Shown one piece after another: positions 30,795-38,257 of a stretch of 38,257 bases of DNA (its first letter is position 1; each line of letters opens with the position of its first letter). The notes under the pieces were generated by a model that was given only the letters and a program-made list of their open reading frames with translations, made no database searches and was not told the origin of the DNA. This stretch comes from Nemertoderma westbladi. Taxonomy: Eukaryota > Animalia > Xenacoelomorpha. The stretch is taken from NCBI GenBank assembly GCA_032718475.1, contig JAUCBJ010008969.1:1-38257 (forward strand). Reading direction: 5' to 3'. The position numbers were made by a program, and so were the translations under genes.

Positions 30795-32794
30795 AGATAC
30801 AAATTAATACAGGAGTACTTACGACAGTAGACATAATTAAATCATTAAGATCATTAAGTATGAAACTAATTCATTTAGCTACCGGTATATCTTAAGCCCG
30901 CACTGAAAACAAAAACATGTTATTAATGTAGTGGGAATGGGTGAGTGAATAACCATACATGCACTGCTGTTGTCACATAAACCAGAAAGCCAACCACTTT
31001 GGCCTCGTGTATGTGGGAGTAACATTGGCTTGAGTTTTAAATAATTTATAAGTTGCTTGTCGCTACATACATTACAACCATTTAAGTGCAATGCACTCCA
31101 TAGTTAGGTCAATGCTTCTTACTGCAGTGTACCGGTAGTGTTTCGTAATCATTCTGACAGGTTATTCCCTTTCCCACCCAAGTATACCTGCATATAGCGG
31201 ATGTAATAATTATAAAAATACAATATCAGACAATACAATATTAATACAACAATCAATACAATATTGTCAGGATACGGCCCAAAAAGTAAAATTAACTAAT
31301 TAGTGCAATTAAATTGTAGAATCCATAAATCATAAAGCATATTCCTACCTTTGAATACGATATACCATATTCCTACTTTGGGGACAAAATCCATTTATGG
31401 CGAATCCAACTTTCTTACCAAAACAGTAAACTCTAAGCAAACAAATCTACTGCAGTATTGGACTTTTAACCGGTGAGGCAGAAAACAGTCTACGAACGGA
31501 CAAACTTCGATAATACAAAATCCCGCGCAGCGAATCCTAACAATCGTACTAACTGGCTGACAGACTAAAAGCGCTCGTACACTTTGCCGCGGTGTGATTT
31601 ATATGGGGTGGGGTTGCTAGCTAAATGTCTAACTAGCGGGCGAACTGCGGCGTGGACAAAAATATTTTATATATTTCGAGGTGTAATTAATTTCTAACGC
31701 GTGTGTGTCCTTGAATTTTACGATCGAAAATTTTGGTTGAACCACCTTTGCTTCATACTATTTTACTGGGTTTGGTGTGCATTTTTACAAATATGAATCA
31801 AATTCTAAATATTTTAGTTACGGTCTGTAGGTCTAATACTTACAGATGATAAGGCTCGTTCCCCTTTTGTGTATTTACAGGACTCAAATCAGGCATAAAG
31901 TATTAATAACTACGCCCAAAATTCGGCAATTTAAAATACCAGCTCCCTAATACTAAGAAGAAATATGTTAGTTTACTACAGTAGGCGTACAATTCTAATA
32001 GCTAGCCTGGTCTCCTTATCTAGAATTTTGGTTGCCTAGTTGGGCGTGGCAACTTCCTATCAGAATGTCGGCGGGGACACGGCAAGTGTTAGTATCCCAA
32101 AATAGCCCTAATATGTTATGCGCCTAGTAGCAGTAAACTGCCCGACCGCCTGAACGGTACAATCTTGATTCAGGCAGAAATACGGTTAACCTTCTACTGG
32201 CCTACAGACTTTAATACAAACGATGGACACCGTTTTACCACCAAACAAGCCACCAGCGTACCTATACCCGGCAAAACAAGTTAGGCGTACAGTGTTTGGT
32301 ATACCCTGCTTGTGTACATGCCCTGTAATGGCGTGCTTGTGTCTTATCTGTGTACTTGTATCTAGTACTTGTACTTTGTGTTCCCGTAGGAATGTGAAGG
32401 GGTACCGCGGGTTCTGCCGGAACCAAAACAATACTGTTCCTAAAATTTTATTTTTGGCGCACAGCGTGTCACTACTTCTACCTTCAATCTCAGGTCTTAT
32501 ACTTAGGTAGCAAGGCATCAAGCGCTGTCTAACCTTCGGGCGGTGGGCGAAGAAATACGAATCTATGATATGTGGCTGGTCTCTTCTACATTCCGCCGAT
32601 GTTCCCGTCTATTGCTGCGGCCCGATGTTTAACCTGCCATCTGTCCCTCTAGTTGTGTTCACCGTGGTGAAGCATGTTAAAAGACAGATATAACAATAGT
32701 TCTAACTTTATTACAAAATAACAAATTTTAAAGAAACAAATTACGAAATAAAGTGCATAATAATACAAGATTGAATTACTAGTGATTGATTGAT

Positions 32795-32954
32795 TGAACT
32801 AACTGAACAAACGCACCTTTTATAGCAAATCAGTGCTTCCAAACAATCTAGATGGTTCTATAGGTTCTATTACGTTTTTAAAGATAATTATTGGTCCAGC
32901 GAATGTGTAACTTACACGACATTGGTTACTGACAAATAACTGCAATCATATTGG
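32795..32954 (-). promoter_or_regulatory. Pol II promoter-like cluster: three CCAAT boxes, TATAAAAG, TCAGTT
   Basis: ATTGG on + at 32890, 32921, 32950; TATAAAA at 32824-32818; TCAGTT at 32806-32801. Confidence 0.45.
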
Positions 32955-33030
32955 TTAAACTACTTTGAACAGATACAAATCAATCATAGCGGTTAATTCA
33001 TTAAGTTGAAAATTATCACAAAAAACAATT

Positions 33031-33103
33031 TGCACCTGCTAGGATTTGAACTCGATACCTATTAAACGACTGTCCAACGCATAACTGACTGAGCTACTGA
33101 ACC
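33031..33103 (-). pseudogene. Degenerate tRNA / tRNA-derived SINE head
   Basis: A-box-like TAGCTCAGTCAG and B-box GAGTTCAAATCC at tRNA spacing; acceptor stem does not pair. Confidence 0.5.
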
Positions 33104-33179
33104 ACTTAAGCGATGATATAGTGTTTAATTTTGTTGGTTACCGGTGAAATACTGTAGACACCTTTACATATAATTTCCT

Positions 33180-35243
33180 GTGAACCAGATAGAATATTTA
33201 ACGAACATATAAAGATGTCCCTCCCATTAATCCTTCCTATTCTTGTAGGTTTATATAATGTGTGTCTAAATGTTGGGTCCTTACCTTCATCATGGAAAAC
33301 AAACATAATTAAAATACTCTACAAGGGTAAAGGAAGCAAAACCTCGCCGGGCAATTATAGAGGTATTGCCCTCATCTCAACCCTACTAAAGATCTTGACA
33401 ACTGTAATAAACAAAAGAGTACGTTCTCACATCAATCACTTGCTTCCCGAGGAACAGTTTGGATTTACCAAGGGTAAATCAACGCTTCAGGCACTGAGAA
33501 AACTGTTAAACGATGTGTCTTCAACATTGCGAGGTGATGGGGACTCCCGCGTAGTATACGCGGTGTTCGTTGACTTCAGGAAAGCTTTCGACTTTGTCAA
33601 TCGATCAATCCTGCTCTATAAAATGTACTACTCATTGTATACATTGATCCAAGACCTCCTTAGAAACTCCATTCGAGTCTACGACGGAATTAAATTCTCC
33701 AAGTTGTTAAATCAACTTCGCAGTATATTACAAGGAGACTGCTTCTCGCCAAGTTGTTTCCTGATTTTTATAGCTGCCCGCGCCATAGCTCTCCGCCAGA
33801 TCTCTGTGATTATAAAATCTATATATCTCGCAGACGACTTGGTGATATATTCCTCATGTCGTGATGACATCCAGTGCGTTCTTAACACTTAACACAACTG
33901 GTGCTCATCAATCTCAATGGAACTCAATATCAGCAAAACTGAAATCCTAAAGTTTAGAAAGGGCGGTCGACTCGCGCATCTGGATAAATTTACATATGGC
34001 GGGAAAACTATAGATATATGTAACCAGTATGAATACTTGGGGGTTGTACTACAGCCAACATTATGGGGGTTGTACTACAGCCATCATTATGCTTCGCAAA
34101 GCACTTAGATCAAAAGAAGCAGAATTGCTTCACAATTATTGGGCGTCTTCCAAATCTCCAGCTCTTGACCATTGGAACTGGAATAAAAATATTTGAAATG
34201 AAGATCATTCCTTGTGTGACATACGCCTTCTCGGAAATCGCCAAACACTTCACCATCGGGAATATGAAGGAATTAGATAAAATTAAAGGAACATTTCTCA
34301 AACGCCTACTGGGGTTGCCGAAAAATTCCTCTACGACTCTAGCTCTAAAGTTAACTGACAGCAAAACACTCATTGAAGATCTAGCAACTAAAACGCCAAT
34401 CTCAATGGGTTACTCTCGTGGCCCAGGCTTCAATTCAAATGTCTGCAAAGGCTCAATGCAGTCGAACAGACACCTAGTCACCCGGGTAACCTAGCATGGT
34501 TTCCATTTTAAACTTTGCCTTGATCGAACGCCGTTTCATGAACTGACGGATACATGCCGGTGTCAATTCTGCAGTGATTCAGCACAGGATAGGATTCATG
34601 TACTACACTGCAGCAGCTTACCCTCCATTACCTACCATAGGTCCGATTATTTAGAGCAGCAGTAGTTCCAGTACTCCTCTACGGGAGTCCATGCTGGGCT
34701 CTAACTGCTGAGGACACCAAATCTCTGGATGGCACATTCACAAGAATGCTACGCCGGGTACATTGTGTCAAGTACAATGCACACATCTCCAACCAGACAC
34801 TATATAACATTGGAGGTGTCTCATTGGTTCCCCCAAGCTTGACACTAGAACAAAATCGCCTCCGCTTTGCAGGACATTGCTTTCGCCGTGAGGACCAGCC
34901 AGTGCATAATCTTGTACTTTGGCAGCCTCATGGAGTGAATAAGCATGGTGGACAGCCCATGACTTTCTTGAGACGCATCTTAAAGGACACTGGCCTTAAA
35001 GATGCGGATGATCTAGCAAATGTCATGGGTGATAGGGAGTTGTGGCGGTGCAATTTTGTTGACAAGCCGGCACAGCATTTTTAAAAATGCAGCTGCAATG
35101 CAGCATGCCGATCCTAGTAGTAGTTACCCTCCATCGTATCCATCACACAGACATAACTCTCTATCTAATTACAGTAATGTATACTGTTATAATGTTATTT
35201 TATTTCATAGTAAATATCTTAATTCAATTTAAAAAAAAAAAAA
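33180..35243 (+). mobile_element. Decayed 5'-truncated non-LTR retrotransposon (RT + C-terminal CCHC) ending in poly(A), interrupted by an RTE copy
   Basis: PDRIFNE, NYRGIAL, QFGF, DFRKAFD, LQGD, LADD, YEYLG; CQFCSDSAQDRIHVLHC; stop at 33890; 26-bp duplication 34039-34090; A13 at 35231. Confidence 0.85.
34639..35123 (+). mobile_element. Short 3' fragment of the same RTE family, with TSD TTACCCTCCAT
   Basis: Near-identical (about 5 differences seen) inverted copy of ~28795-29278; (TAG)3 tail; TSD at 34618-34628 and 35124-35134. Confidence 0.93.
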
Positions 35244-35610
35244 TCATTTTACTGTTATATATAATTATTGATTATAATTAAATAAAATTTACCCCGACTG
35301 GGGGTATATAGTTTCTTTAAAAAATAATTAAATCTTATAGAGACAGAGGGGAAACTCGACGCAAATCTCAATCGACCCGTTTTTGGCGACTAATGGTCGC
35401 ACCCAGTCGGCAGATCGCGACCTATCACAAGCCTTCTTGTCTAATTAACTATAACTCATCACGTTTTAGGCAATATGGTTGGTGTAATGCTTATTGTACG
35501 GCTAAATAATAATTTCTTATTAAAGTACTAAATGTACTTTATCTACTGTTCAGTAATACTATTTATATGATAATTATATTATTCTTATATATGTTATACA
35601 GGTAGAAAGA

Positions 35611-36053
35611 CGACTATTCGACCCAGTGAACTGAGGGTAAGTGGCAAGTGGTCGGCAGTTCGGCTTACATATATTATCATAGGCCTACAATAGACTACTA
35701 TATGGAGGGTCGCTAAAAGTCGCAAAACTTTATATGTATACTATAGGTGGAGCCGACTTTGCCGACCAATTCGACTATTCCGACCACCTCTTGGGCCGTG
35801 TATAAAGGCGACTATTCGACCCAGTGAACTGAGGGTAAGTCGCAAGTGGTCGGCTAGTCGCTTATATATATTATATAAAGGGGTGGTCGGAAGAGTCGAA
35901 TTGGTCGGCAAAGTCGGCTCCACTTATAGTCTACTGTCTACATATAAAGTTTTGCGACTTTTGACTCTCCATATGCCATATTGAATATTGTGTATGTAGG
36001 CCTGCTGTATATGATATATGTAATCCACTGCACCACTTGCTAGTTACTCTCAG
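35611..36053. repeat. Foldback/MITE-like inverted repeat with internal direct repeat
   Basis: Arm ~35631-35790 is inverted at ~35880-36053; 35611-35677 is repeated directly at 35809-35875. Confidence 0.8.
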
Positions 36054-37364
36054 TAGGAAAAGTGACATGAGGTCAGACTTTTTTTTATACAGTATATAGA
36101 GAAAGTATAGACCTGATTGACATGCGGGAGTTAGATGTTATTTGAAATAGGTTATGTGTTATATATTTTTCTAATGTTTTTCTTTAACCATTAAACATAA
36201 TTACTTGATTACTTCCTTATTCTTTTAAAATTTATACACAGTGTACTCTGTGTACTGTTATTGCCAATTATACTAATTATACTGCTCTTTCAATTATTTA
36301 CGATATCAATACTAGAACGCCATCAAGATGGCTTTAAACGAACCTGTCTTACACAGACTCCAAGAAACAGATGGGGATTGGAAGATGCAAACCAAGAATG
36401 ACTTGCATCAACCAAAAAACTGCCTCCCATCTAATGTAATACACATTCGCCTAGGCAAACAAATCATAATCACAATTACTACGATGATGTGTGAAATGGT
36501 ATCCATATCCGCAACCTGAGAAACGGCCCAAAAGAGCAGTTTATTCTGCGGAGGGGTCTTTTCTGTATTAGATAAATAAAATAAAGAACACTATAATTAC
36601 AGTATTTATACCTGATACATTCTCAGTTAGCCTAATAAAAACATCGGAGCAACCAATATAATGTACATGTACAAGCATCCTATGAAAGTTTGTGAAATGT
36701 TCCCTTAAGTCTACCCAACAGCCGTTGGTACCCGGCTGGCAGCCACCCTGGTTCAGTTTTATGGTTTTGTTAGTTTAATCGACAGCTGTTGTAAACGTCC
36801 CAGATATACAAAACCTACTAAGCCTTTGCATTACAATTGAGCTTAGCCTAAGTTGATGACAGTATTATAACGATGACAATTAGGCCCTATAGATACATAC
36901 GATATATAAATGATGTACTGCTTGACATTACACTAACTGGCTGAATAGAGATAGAACTATAATAATACGTTTGGCATTCTGTCAGATTTCAGTAGTAAGT
37001 AACCTCATAATAATTGCTAAATATCAATCACCTGAAAAACATTTCAAGCAAGGGAGTTGTGGGTATTTAATTTCGCGTTCAATAATGTTGAAAATATGCA
37101 AATATTTCGAATATCGCACTTCGAATCGTTCCCAACTTTTTTATTCAACAACTAGACAACAATTGATAAATACTTGCGTTTACAATTTTACAATGCATGC
37201 AAGTGGTTTCAAGCCATTTGGTGAACATACATAGTGAGTGATATAGTGACATATATATATAGTGATATAGGTAAATATATATATCCATCGTGTTTTTGCC
37301 GGCCTCAGCTTTAGACAAAAACTACCCAGTCTAAAGACAGGTTCGTTATAATTTAAAGAGACAT

Positions 37365-37602
37365 GAGTTTCTAACCATAACAATATGATTTGTGTTTAAG
37401 AATTATGGGAAAAGACCATCTTATTGAAGCATACTTTTCTAACCAAAGCAATAAAGGCATTTCTTAAAAATTAAGAGAAAGGAGCAGGTTAGATAGGCAA
37501 GCATTTACCATCCCGGCTATTTAATATCTCGTCTTATGTTTAATCTTCAATTAAGGGAAAGGAGCAGGTTACAGTGACACGTTTTCTGACCAAAACAATA
37601 AA
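37365..37602. repeat. Degenerate ~70-80 bp repeats
   Basis: TTTCT.ACCA.A.CAATA x3; TTAAG.GAAAGGAGCAGGTTA x2. Confidence 0.6.
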
Positions 37603-37731
37603 CAAAATTCAATAGAACAAGTTGCAGTTACATTTTTGAGATACATGGAAGACTGTATTTAAAAATTCTAACAAATCTAACAAATTTACTAACTATACTT
37701 ACTGGCTTACTCATAAATTGGAAGTAGGGAC

Positions 37732-37779
37732 TACCGGCACTCCTACAGTACTGTAGGAGTACCGGTACTCCTACAGTAC
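37732..37779. repeat. Overlapping palindromes (inverted triplication)
   Basis: Perfect palindromes at 37739-37760 and 37748-37779. Confidence 0.9.
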
Positions 37780-38257
37780 AGTACATACTGAATGTTAAAC
37801 AATACAATTTATCTCGAGATCTACAGAACATATTCTCAAGTGTGACAAAGCGATCAGAATTAGATCAATATGAATCAACAAACAGCCTATAATGGCAGCT
37901 GTAGGCCTACTGGATGTTGTTGTTAACCTATCAATAGTGTTGGGCCTCCTGATGTTAAACTATCACTAAAACTATCCGTGTCCTAATCCTATTCGTATTC
38001 ACAGAAGATAACCTGTCATATTAACCAAGACGACTGAATGAATATGGATTATTGCTTTCCATATTTGGGTAAGTCCAGTTAACATTCTACCAAATTCCAT
38101 CAAGAAAAATTATATTTCTTGATAATGCATCTTATAAAAGGTATTGGGTTACAACCTAATGCAACCTTATATTTTTTAAATGCTTGCTATTAATAGAATG
38201 TGTTTGAACTCTGTTGGTGAAGGGGTAACTTGTGTGCCTATGAAAATATATGCTATG

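Noticed and set aside
32455-32468. TGGCGCACAGCGTG resembling a tRNA-Lys PBS
   Set aside because: Two mismatches, and no adjacent LTR end or internal domain found
33031-33103. Functional tRNA gene
   Set aside because: Acceptor and anticodon stems do not pair; kept only as a degenerate tRNA-like head

Overview
Eukaryotic (probably invertebrate) repeat-dense DNA with no recognisable host gene. It holds two different non-autonomous BEL/Pao LTR retrotransposons. Element 1 (+, <1..9499) is gag-only; its 5' LTR is cut by the window edge and its 3' LTR is 7728-9499. Element 2 (-, 12467..28362) is complete, with TSD ATATT, an in-frame gag-protease ORF lacking RT and integrase, and a hidden env-position gene with three CCHC zinc knuckles. 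Also present: an intact L2/CR1-type LINE nested in element 2, two RTE LINE copies, a decayed non-LTR RT, a 30-bp and a 40-bp minisatellite, a tRNA-like head and foldback structures. Main novelty candidate: neither BEL element has a tRNA primer-binding site. In each, the 10-11 nt directly after the 5' LTR are perfectly complementary to a site in its own LTR about 770 nt upstream of the LTR end, at a plausible transcription start. This is the geometry of Tf1-type self-primed reverse transcription, which I know only from Ty3/gypsy elements.
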